Assembly: GCA_902623535.1 (NCBI GenBank)
Contig: CACNUA010000002.1
Coordinates: forward strand, 74,222-138,221
DNA: 64,000 nucleotides
From: an uncultured SAR86 cluster bacterium
GTDB lineage: Bacteria; Pseudomonadota; Gammaproteobacteria; Magnimaribacterales; D2472
Direction of reading: 5' to 3'
Shown: positions 26,621 to 34,390 of the stretch, piece after piece
Numbering within the stretch: the first letter of the stretch is position 1
How the letters are laid out: each line of letters starts with the position of its first letter
Notes under the pieces: generated by a model
Databases searched by the model: none
What the model was told of the DNA's origin: nothing
The model's input: only the letters and a program-made list of their open reading frames with translations
Position numbers and translations under genes: made by a program

Positions 26621-28660
26621 CTAGTTTAATCTTTTGAATCCACCATGCGAAAGTGGGAAGTCTATTAATTGATCGATTGAACCAGATTTATTGTATTGAT
26701 TTGATATCTTGGAAATTGTATCTTCAAAGGCATCAAGATAGCTTGAAAGGATTTGATCTGAATGCTCAGTGCAAAGGTAAATAGCATTTGATGCAAGGAA
26801 CCCTTTTTGAAGCATATCATGAGTAATGAATGACTTTATCTTGAGGAAATCGTTTTGTTGTGAGGAAAAGGATGGTAAAGGATCGAGACCAGAAATCTCA
26901 AAATTTAAATCATGATCACTAAATATCTTTTTCCAAGATTTTTTTATTTCTTTACCTTTTTTGCAAACAACTTCCCAAGATTTGACTTGATTCATTTCTT
27001 TTAAACTAGCTATTGCAGCAGTTGGGCCGATTCTTTCAGTCCAAAATGTACTGCTTATAAATGAACTTTGAGCATGATCCATCACTTCTTTTTTGCCGAC
27101 AATAGAGGTTATCGCATAACCATTGCCTAATGTTTTGCCATAAATTGCAATATCAGGTTGAACGTTAAATTTTTGATGCAAACCTGAATTTGTTTCCCTA
27201 AAACCTGATGTGCATTCGTCAAAAATCAGAACTATATTATTTTTATTAGCTAATTGACGCACCTCTTCAAGAAAATTATTTTTGGGAGGATCATTGCGCA
27301 TAACTTCCATTTTAATAATACCTATTTCATTATTCTTAATTAAAGTTTTTAAACCCTCAAGATCATTGTATTGAAATGAAAAAGAAGTACCCTCTAAATT
27401 TCTTGGTACGCCGTTAGGCTCTAGTCCAGGCAATAGGTGACCATCAAGATCCTTTGATTTTCCTAGATTTGCAGAGAGGTACCAATCGTGCCAACCATGA
27501 TAACCACAAATTGCAACATTATCTTTCCCAGATGCCGCTCTTGCAATTCTAATAGCAATAGAGTTCGCTTCACCTCCTGTTCTTGCGTACTTAACCATAT
27601 CAGCCCAAGGGTTGAGTTCAATTAATTGTTCGGCTAAATAAACTTCTTCGGGACAATTAAGGGTTGATAAATTACCTGATTCTACGGTTTTCAAGACTGC
27701 ACTATCTACTGCTGAGTTAGCATAACCAAGTAAATTGGTACCAACTCCCATTAAACAAACATCAAAATATTTTTTCTTATCCAGATCCCAAACTGTACAC
27801 CCCTTTGATTTACTAAAATATGAAGGCCATTTATCTGGCAAAAACATCTCTGGTCTCTTGGAAAGAAGCATATTTCCCCCAGGAATTATTTCTTTGGCTT
27901 TTTTATAAAGTTTTTGACCGGAGCTCACAGATGATCCCTCATTTCTTTTAAGGTGTTGGTTAGCAGTAAATAGTTTTTCATTGCGTTTGTATAAATTAAT
28001 TATCTCATCATATGAGAAAAAAATATCGTCAAAATTATCAAAAACATTTTTTATGACCGATAAGTCAGATTTATCGTCCAATGTTAGTCGTAATTCAGAA
28101 TAGTTTATTTGTGACTTTACATTTATTTTCTTAATGCTTTTTTCTTTTTTAGCAAATGTAGTTACATGCTCTCTATCAAATAATTTAGAAGCATTATTAT
28201 GTGAAGTTTGAATAAGTTCTTTTGTAAAAACTTCTATATCGAGGCCATCGGGATAAGTTGGAGGATTAGTATTGCTTAAGTAATCGACATTTGAGTTATT
28301 GAATTTTTCTAAAAAAGTATCAACCAAAATCGGATCTACAAAAGGACAATCGCCTGTAATTCTTACGATTGTTGTTAAATTATATTGAACGGCACAATTA
28401 TGGAACCTTTCAAGAACATCATTTTCTGAACCGACAAAAAATTTAATGTCCTTAGCCTCAAGAAGCTCTTTTAAGTCTTCATTTTCTTTATTATTGGGGA
28501 TTGCAACAATAATTTCATCAAGCTTCTTTGATTTTTTTAATCTCTCTACAATTATCTCAATTACTGACAATCCCTTGAATTCTTTTAAAACTTTTCTTGG
28601 AAGCCTCGTAGAAGTTAGTCTGGCTTGAATAATTGCTGCAATCAATTTAGTTGCATCCAT
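26621..28660 (-). CDS. bifunctional protein: SpsF/NeuA-like cytidylyltransferase domain fused to a class III (GSA-aminomutase-like) PLP aminotransferase
   Basis: Residues ~1-240 carry AAIIQARLTSTRLPRKVLKEF...ITGDCPFVDP (CTP_transf_3/SpsF-like). Residues ~247-679 carry KAKEIIPGGNMLLSKRP..., GGEANSIAIRIARA and IFDECTSGF (class III aminotransferase, HemL-like). Confidence 0.75.
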   Translation of the reverse strand: MDATKLIAAIIQARLTSTRLPRKVLKEFKGLSVIEIIVERLKKSKKLDEIIVAIPNNKENEDLKELLEAKDIKFFVGSENDVLERFHNCAVQYNLTTIVRITGDCPFVDPILVDTFLEKFNNSNVDYLSNTNPPTYPDGLDIEVFTKELIQTSHNNASKLFDREHVTTFAKKEKSIKKINVKSQINYSELRLTLDDKSDLSVIKNVFDNFDDIFFSYDEIINLYKRNEKLFTANQHLKRNEGSSVSSGQKLYKKAKEIIPGGNMLLSKRPEMFLPDKWPSYFSKSKGCTVWDLDKKKYFDVCLMGVGTNLLGYANSAVDSAVLKTVESGNLSTLNCPEEVYLAEQLIELNPWADMVKYARTGGEANSIAIRIARAASGKDNVAICGYHGWHDWYLSANLGKSKDLDGHLLPGLEPNGVPRNLEGTSFSFQYNDLEGLKTLIKNNEIGIIKMEVMRNDPPKNNFLEEVRQLANKNNIVLIFDECTSGFRETNSGLHQKFNVQPDIAIYGKTLGNGYAITSIVGKKEVMDHAQSSFISSTFWTERIGPTAAIASLKEMNQVKSWEVVCKKGKEIKKSWKKIFSDHDLNFEISGLDPLPSFSSQQNDFLKIKSFITHDMLQKGFLASNAIYLCTEHSDQILSSYLDAFEDTISKISNQYNKSGSIDQLIDFPLSHGGFKRLN

Positions 28661-30222
28661 TTAGATGGATTGAGAAGCTGCTCATCATCACAGGAAATAT
28701 CAGGAAAAATAAATGGTCTGTTTGATTGATCAAAGGATTGAGTTAAATCATTGAGGTGCTCGATATTATCTAGACCAACAATTACCTTATCAATCTGAGG
28801 AATCGATAATGGATAATGAAGGCAGGCCGCTAATGGAGAAACCTCATTATCATCCAGCCAATTATGCCAATCATTCCAAAGATTTTTCCATTTACTAAAT
28901 CTAGGTGGGATGTTTTCTCTTGTCAGTAGTAAGAGCCCTTGAAGAAATATAGATCTTGCATGAATTTCTACTCCAGCATCATGAAGCCTATTCAACCAAC
29001 CAGTTTCTAATAATCTTCTGTCTATGATATTGAAAGGTACTTGAACAATGTCTAAATCAATCAATGTAGAGGCTTTCGCTATCTCTTCTGGTGTGTATGC
29101 AGATAAACCTATTTTTTCTATAAGCCCTTCGGATTTAAGATCCATAAAGGTCTTGTTAAAAATTTTACCAAGCTCCTCTATCTGTGATGAATCATGCAAA
29201 AGTAATCCATATGCTTTATTAACATTCAATCTTTCAAGCGAAGATTTAACTTGACTGACAATCCAATCTGGAATGTCAGTAATCCCACCTGGTATTTGTG
29301 GAAGTTTAGTGATGACATACTTATTTTTCATACCAATTTTACCCAAACATTCCTCGCTATCACCATATGAAATAGAAGTATCATAAGTATCTATTCCATG
29401 ATCTTCAGCAATTTTTACAATCTTTGATGCTGTATTAAAATCAACCTGCCCATCATTGTTTGCAACTCCATACGGCATGCCAAATTGCACAGTTCCAATC
29501 GCAATCCTATTCATCTTCTCCTTTGAAAGTTTTATCTGAAAAAGCTGTTCAGCAAACTCAAAGTCATCGGGGGTATCAATATCCACTGCCCTATGCTTTG
29601 GAATAATTAGCATCGAGGAGTTGTTATGGAATTCATCCTCTCCAGAAAGTACTTGTTCTACCTTTGAAAGATATAGTTGTGCTGCATCATGATAGGCTGC
29701 CTCACAGTCTTGAGTTCTAGTGAGAATATAATCGGGTTGAAACATTTCAATTTTATCTTGCTCATTAACAAAAACTGCTCTTTGGATTGGATAGTTATAC
29801 TCTTTGCAAGCAACTATGCTTTTAGAATCAGTCTTTCTCATAAGATTAATCGCTTTTTCTATATCTGTTTCTGTTATAAAAACTGCTGTTGGATAAATAG
29901 TAAGTATCAAGTCTGGCTTGCCTACATTTTTTACATACCACTCTGTAGCATGCTTAATCACCTCTTTTGTACCAGTTTGATCATCTGCAAGCTCAGACGG
30001 CCTAAGGAATGGTACCGTTGCACCATATTGCTCGGCTATTATTTTAATTTTTTTACTTTCTGTTGAGACAATAATGTCATTTACGTAGTTAGAAGCTTTA
30101 AGAACAGAAATAGGCCAGCTAATCATTGGCTGATTACAAAACTCTTTAATATTTTTTAAAGGTATCCTTTCACTTCCACCTCTAGCTGGCAAAATTGCAA
30201 GAATATTCAAATTATCTTTCAT
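28642..30222 (-). CDS. bifunctional protein: N-acylneuraminate(NeuA)-type cytidylyltransferase fused to an aldo/keto reductase
   Basis: Residues 1-~230 carry LAILPARGGSERIPLKNIKEF...PFLRPSELADDQT (NeuA/PseF-like). Residues from Met237 carry MNRIAIGTVQFGMPYG...DTSISYGDSEE (AKR). An AAGGAG-N3-ATG sits exactly at the domain junction (29523..29512). Confidence 0.75.
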   Translation of the reverse strand: MKDNLNILAILPARGGSERIPLKNIKEFCNQPMISWPISVLKASNYVNDIIVSTESKKIKIIAEQYGATVPFLRPSELADDQTGTKEVIKHATEWYVKNVGKPDLILTIYPTAVFITETDIEKAINLMRKTDSKSIVACKEYNYPIQRAVFVNEQDKIEMFQPDYILTRTQDCEAAYHDAAQLYLSKVEQVLSGEDEFHNNSSMLIIPKHRAVDIDTPDDFEFAEQLFQIKLSKEKMNRIAIGTVQFGMPYGVANNDGQVDFNTASKIVKIAEDHGIDTYDTSISYGDSEECLGKIGMKNKYVITKLPQIPGGITDIPDWIVSQVKSSLERLNVNKAYGLLLHDSSQIEELGKIFNKTFMDLKSEGLIEKIGLSAYTPEEIAKASTLIDLDIVQVPFNIIDRRLLETGWLNRLHDAGVEIHARSIFLQGLLLLTRENIPPRFSKWKNLWNDWHNWLDDNEVSPLAACLHYPLSIPQIDKVIVGLDNIEHLNDLTQSFDQSNRPFIFPDISCDDEQLLNPSKWMQLN

Positions 30223-30243
30223 TACTTATCTGAATATAATTCA

Positions 30244-31542
30244 TTATGAAAACAACTTCACAAAATTATTAAATAATTCAATGTTTTCATTTCTATGAAC
30301 TTGTTTTGAAGAATTATTATTTCTTGAGCTCATAACGTCGTTTAACATTGAAATTAACCTATTTTCTACAAAAAAATATTGTTTTCCTAGATTTAGATCC
30401 TGAGTTATTGGCTTAAGTCTCCCTGATGCCAAGCCACATAATGAATCTAATGCTATTATTGGCAAAAATGCAGAAATCTCATTTCTAAGCTCATTAATAC
30501 ATTCATAATCATCTGGATTAAAGCTCATTAATTGAACTAAGGGTCCCTCATCAAGACCTTCAGTCATCAGATGAGTGTTCAACGCAATAGCATCTAGACG
30601 CCCATCAAGTAATGGTGACTCAACAACATCCATCCCTTTATAGTAAGGGAGTAATCCCATGTGGGTGTTAATTACTTTATTATTTAAGTTTTCAAGAGTA
30701 ATTTGATTAATAAGGCCACCCCCAGTAAATATTGTAAAAATATTGTCGGTGGCTGAAAGTTTTTCAATTTCTGAAAAATCTCTTATCTTGAAATAATTTA
30801 TCTTATTAACTCTAGAGAATTTCTTTAGATCTTTGTAATTGGAGATTAATTTATAGAGTTTTTTTAAACTAATCTTAGAAACATAATTATTTTCATCTCC
30901 TCTAATTACTAGTTTGCGCCAAATTCGTTTTGTAAAAAGTTTAATGCCATCTCTTTTGAGTTCATAAAAAAATCTCTTAGGGGTGAATTTGAGGACATAT
31001 ATTCCAATTATTTCAATATCAAGTTTTTTACATAATTCAGCTACTGTTAGAGAAAATAAACTAAATGCAGTTGGGCATAAAATAATCACACCTTTTATAT
31101 GTGTGCTCTCAGAATATAGGTGATCAAAATTATTAGTCAATTGAGGAGATAACTTCTGTAGCTTAATTTTTAATTCGTTATCAATTAATGCTTGCTTAAT
31201 TTCTGCAACAATATCTTTAGTGTATCCATTTAACTTTGGTGGACTTGATAAAGCATTATCTATAAGCATAAATGCGTTAAGGTAACTATTATCAAAGGGT
31301 GGCGATTTGTGATTCTTTTTTATCTCTGATTTAAATATTTTTGCATACCACATTAATTCATCTTCATGTGCAAACCCAAATCTTGATTTAGATTCTGAGT
31401 ACAAATTATGATTGTAGAATGATACATACCGCCTTAACTTTTCAAGCCATTTTTTTCCTAAAATAGTATTTGTTTGAATTTCAGATTCGATAACGAGTTT
31501 TTCTTCCTTAGTTAGGGTCCTCAAAATTTTGGGAACTTGCAT
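30244..31542 (-). CDS. formyltransferase-domain protein with an uncharacterised N-terminal extension
   Basis: 432 aa. The C-terminal half has VINTHMGLLPYYKGMDVVESPLLDG...THLMTEGLDEGPL, resembling the Fmt/ArnA/sugar N-formyltransferase core (N-x-H ... D). The first ~150 aa have no motif I recognise. Confidence 0.55.
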   Translation of the reverse strand: MQVPKILRTLTKEEKLVIESEIQTNTILGKKWLEKLRRYVSFYNHNLYSESKSRFGFAHEDELMWYAKIFKSEIKKNHKSPPFDNSYLNAFMLIDNALSSPPKLNGYTKDIVAEIKQALIDNELKIKLQKLSPQLTNNFDHLYSESTHIKGVIILCPTAFSLFSLTVAELCKKLDIEIIGIYVLKFTPKRFFYELKRDGIKLFTKRIWRKLVIRGDENNYVSKISLKKLYKLISNYKDLKKFSRVNKINYFKIRDFSEIEKLSATDNIFTIFTGGGLINQITLENLNNKVINTHMGLLPYYKGMDVVESPLLDGRLDAIALNTHLMTEGLDEGPLVQLMSFNPDDYECINELRNEISAFLPIIALDSLCGLASGRLKPITQDLNLGKQYFFVENRLISMLNDVMSSRNNNSSKQVHRNENIELFNNFVKLFS

Positions 31543-31545
31543 TTA

Positions 31546-32574
31546 CTAGTTTTCCTTGATTGAACAATGCCATGAACGCCCATCAAGTCCTAATAAAGCC
31601 TCACCGGAAATTGTAAAGTCATCTTTAGTTTGATGTCCTTCAGAGAAAGAAATCACACCGAATTTAAATAAAACCATTGGAAGGAAATCTTTTTTAAAAC
31701 TAGCAATTTGATACCAGTTTGAGAGATCATTAGAATAAAAAATCTTTGAATGCTTTGACTTAACTGCACTTCCAGGTTCAATTGAAGTTTGAACAAGATA
31801 AGAACCATCACCTAGTCTTTTTGTATACCAAACTGGAGCATCAAATGACTTACCTTGACTGAGCTCCATAGTATTTCTATCTAAAATTTGGAGTTTTGGA
31901 GATTCATTGGGAGAATCCATAATCCAATAAATTTTATCCTCCCTAAACATTAATGAGACAGTTCTCCATTTCTGCGAGCCATCACCATGAAATTTTGGAT
32001 TCGAGAAATCCTCATCTGAAAACTCAATTAAAAAGCATTCACCATCATTATCACCAGTGGTAATCCAGATCGAATTTTTATAATGGTCTTTGTAGGCTCC
32101 GTGAATATGCTTAATATTTTTTATTTCATTTACAACTTTGAAAGATTCACCATCATCTCTGGATACCCATAGAGGAACATCATTCCCGGTTGTATTTCTT
32201 CCATACTCACCAAAGACAATACATCCTTTGCTTATTGCGATTGAATTATGAAGAACACAGCGAGATTGTCTTAACTTGGATAAAGTCTTCAATGATTTTT
32301 TTTTGATATGAAAACTGTAAATCATTCCCTGATATATAACTATCACAACAGTTTTCTTATAATTAAAGAAGGCATTTGATTTATCTAGTCGAAATAACCT
32401 TCTAAAGATTCTAAGTTTAAGAAATGGATTGTTGTTTTTAATTTTGAAGTAAATTACTTCTTTATTAAGTGAAAATTCAAAAGCATTTCCATTACTAACT
32501 ATATAGTCACCAGTTAGAGAATCATAAAAATGAATTATTTCATATCTCATCAAGTTTCTTTTAATGATTTGCAT
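31546..32574 (-). CDS. hypothetical protein, probably beta-propeller with Asp-box-like motifs
   Basis: 342 aa with one good Asp-box (VSRDDGESF) and degenerate ones (HGDGSQKW, TGDNDGECF, RLGDGSYL). No confident family assignment. Confidence 0.4.
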   Translation of the reverse strand: MQIIKRNLMRYEIIHFYDSLTGDYIVSNGNAFEFSLNKEVIYFKIKNNNPFLKLRIFRRLFRLDKSNAFFNYKKTVVIVIYQGMIYSFHIKKKSLKTLSKLRQSRCVLHNSIAISKGCIVFGEYGRNTTGNDVPLWVSRDDGESFKVVNEIKNIKHIHGAYKDHYKNSIWITTGDNDGECFLIEFSDEDFSNPKFHGDGSQKWRTVSLMFREDKIYWIMDSPNESPKLQILDRNTMELSQGKSFDAPVWYTKRLGDGSYLVQTSIEPGSAVKSKHSKIFYSNDLSNWYQIASFKKDFLPMVLFKFGVISFSEGHQTKDDFTISGEALLGLDGRSWHCSIKEN

Positions 32575-32750
32575 GATATTTTTTACCGTTAGGAATTAGA
32601 GATACGATTGTACATCTATTATATAGTCATAAATTGATTACTTTTTAGGAAAATTACAAGTCAAAGATTGGTGACAGTATTAAGATTTAAATCTAAAAAA
32701 TTACTTTCATATTTTAGTATTGCTTTTTGAAACAGGATTTAATTAAATTT

Positions 32751-33314
32751 CTAGGAAACTTCATAAGTATCAGAACCAATAATTGAATCAATTACTGAAG
32801 TTAGCCAAATCATATGTATACACTCAACAATGTTGTAAGCATGGCTATCAACCCAAAAACTAATATCAGATATTTTTGACAACGAGTTTGTAGCTTCCCT
32901 GCCAGTGAAAGTTATAACTTTAAGACCCATTTTTTTTGCGGTTTCTGCACCCTTTACAAGATTTAAAGACTCCCCGCTTACACTAATGAGAATTACAGCA
33001 TCATTACTATTTGCATAAATATTTAATGCTTCAGAAACCCAATTTTCATAGCCATAATCATTAGACAAGCATGTAATAAGATTTGCTTCATTAAATGTTA
33101 AAGATTTTATTTTTGCTTGTTTAGAAAAATCAACTGCTCCGTGAGCAGATATTGAAGCACTGGCACCATTACCAGCAAATATAAGTTTTGAATTATTTTT
33201 TTTTACCTCTTTAACAATATCCTCGAAAGCTAAGAGGTTATTTTCAAGATTTTCATTGATTAAAAGATGATTATATTTTTTAAAATAGTCTTTATAGAAT
33301 TTATTTAAAATCAT
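32751..33314 (-). CDS. SIS-domain sugar-phosphate isomerase (GmhA-like)
   Basis: 187 aa. FAGNGASASISAHGAVDF and ILISVSGES are typical of the phosphoheptose isomerase-type SIS domain. No CBS domains are present. Confidence 0.7.
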   Translation of the reverse strand: MILNKFYKDYFKKYNHLLINENLENNLLAFEDIVKEVKKNNSKLIFAGNGASASISAHGAVDFSKQAKIKSLTFNEANLITCLSNDYGYENWVSEALNIYANSNDAVILISVSGESLNLVKGAETAKKMGLKVITFTGREATNSLSKISDISFWVDSHAYNIVECIHMIWLTSVIDSIIGSDTYEVS

Positions 33315-33337
33315 TACTTATTTTATATTAATATCAG

Positions 33338-34375
33338 TTAATCATGTTCAGGTATAGAAAATTTTGTTTTCCATTTTGAGTCACTTGTATAAATTTTATT
33401 TACCAATTTCATGGTTCTTAGTGCGTCTATAGGACTTCCGTTTTTAACTTCTTTATTCTTAATGATTATATTTAAAAAATAATCAACTTCGGACTGCCAT
33501 GAAGGATCATTATTATATTTAATTATTTGCTCTGTGGGATCTCCCATATCATTATCTGGGTCTGATTCAATGATGGTTAAGGTTTCTGCGCCATAACTTT
33601 TTGAGCCAGATAGGATGCCACCTAAAATTAGCGATCCTTTTTCAAAATTTATTTCTAGATTAAATTTGTGCCTCCACTGAGTTGCTGAGGAATGAATAAA
33701 CGCCACAACACCAGATTTAGTTTGCATTAATGCATATGCATTATCTTCTACATCATGTTTCCAAAAATCATTTGAAACAAAGCTATGTATTCTTTCAAAT
33801 TCTCCACCAAATAATCTCATAAGATCAAGCATATGAATACCTTGATCAAGCAGTACACCACCACCCGCAATTTTTCTCTTAGTTCTCCATATAGGCTGAT
33901 TAAATGTAATTAGTTTTGACTTACCATAGGTACCTTTTAAATTAATTATTCTTCCCATTTTCTTAGAATTTATAATTCTTTGTGCCTCTAAAACCGAATC
34001 ATGATATCGATGATTAAAACCATACATTAGTTTCAGTGAAGGGTTTTCGTTGTAAACCTCTATAACTTTGCTAATATCATCTACAGATCTGCCAGGTGGC
34101 TTTTCACAAAAAACATGGATTCCTTTATGTAACGCCTTTATTGTTACCTTAGGTGCAATATCATTTGGCATACAAATAAATATTGCATCAATCGAATCCT
34201 TGAGTAATTCTTCATAATTTTCATGTACGTCAATCCCTTCAAGTTTGAGGGGCTGTTTTTTAAACTTCTCATCACAAATACTTACAACTGTTGCATATTG
34301 ATGATTCTGTAGACAATCAAATCTTTTTGATCCCACAACTCCAAAGCCTGCAATACCAATTTTAAGTCTTTTCAT
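33338..34375 (-). CDS. Gfo/Idh/MocA family NAD(P)-dependent oxidoreductase
   Basis: LKIGIAGFGVVGSKRF Rossmann N-terminus and the CEKPPGRS (EKP) motif. Confidence 0.8.
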   Translation of the reverse strand: MKRLKIGIAGFGVVGSKRFDCLQNHQYATVVSICDEKFKKQPLKLEGIDVHENYEELLKDSIDAIFICMPNDIAPKVTIKALHKGIHVFCEKPPGRSVDDISKVIEVYNENPSLKLMYGFNHRYHDSVLEAQRIINSKKMGRIINLKGTYGKSKLITFNQPIWRTKRKIAGGGVLLDQGIHMLDLMRLFGGEFERIHSFVSNDFWKHDVEDNAYALMQTKSGVVAFIHSSATQWRHKFNLEINFEKGSLILGGILSGSKSYGAETLTIIESDPDNDMGDPTEQIIKYNNDPSWQSEVDYFLNIIIKNKEVKNGSPIDALRTMKLVNKIYTSDSKWKTKFSIPEHD

Positions 34376-34390
34376 ATTTCCTATATTAAT

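Noticed and set aside
26640-26655. An AGTGGGAA 8-mer near the left end of the island also occurs at the guaA 3' end (GAGTGGGAATAA), considered as a possible attL/attR repeat.
   Set aside because: It is only 8 nt. It lies inside a coding region. It is also in inverted rather than direct orientation relative to the guaA copy, so it is consistent with chance.
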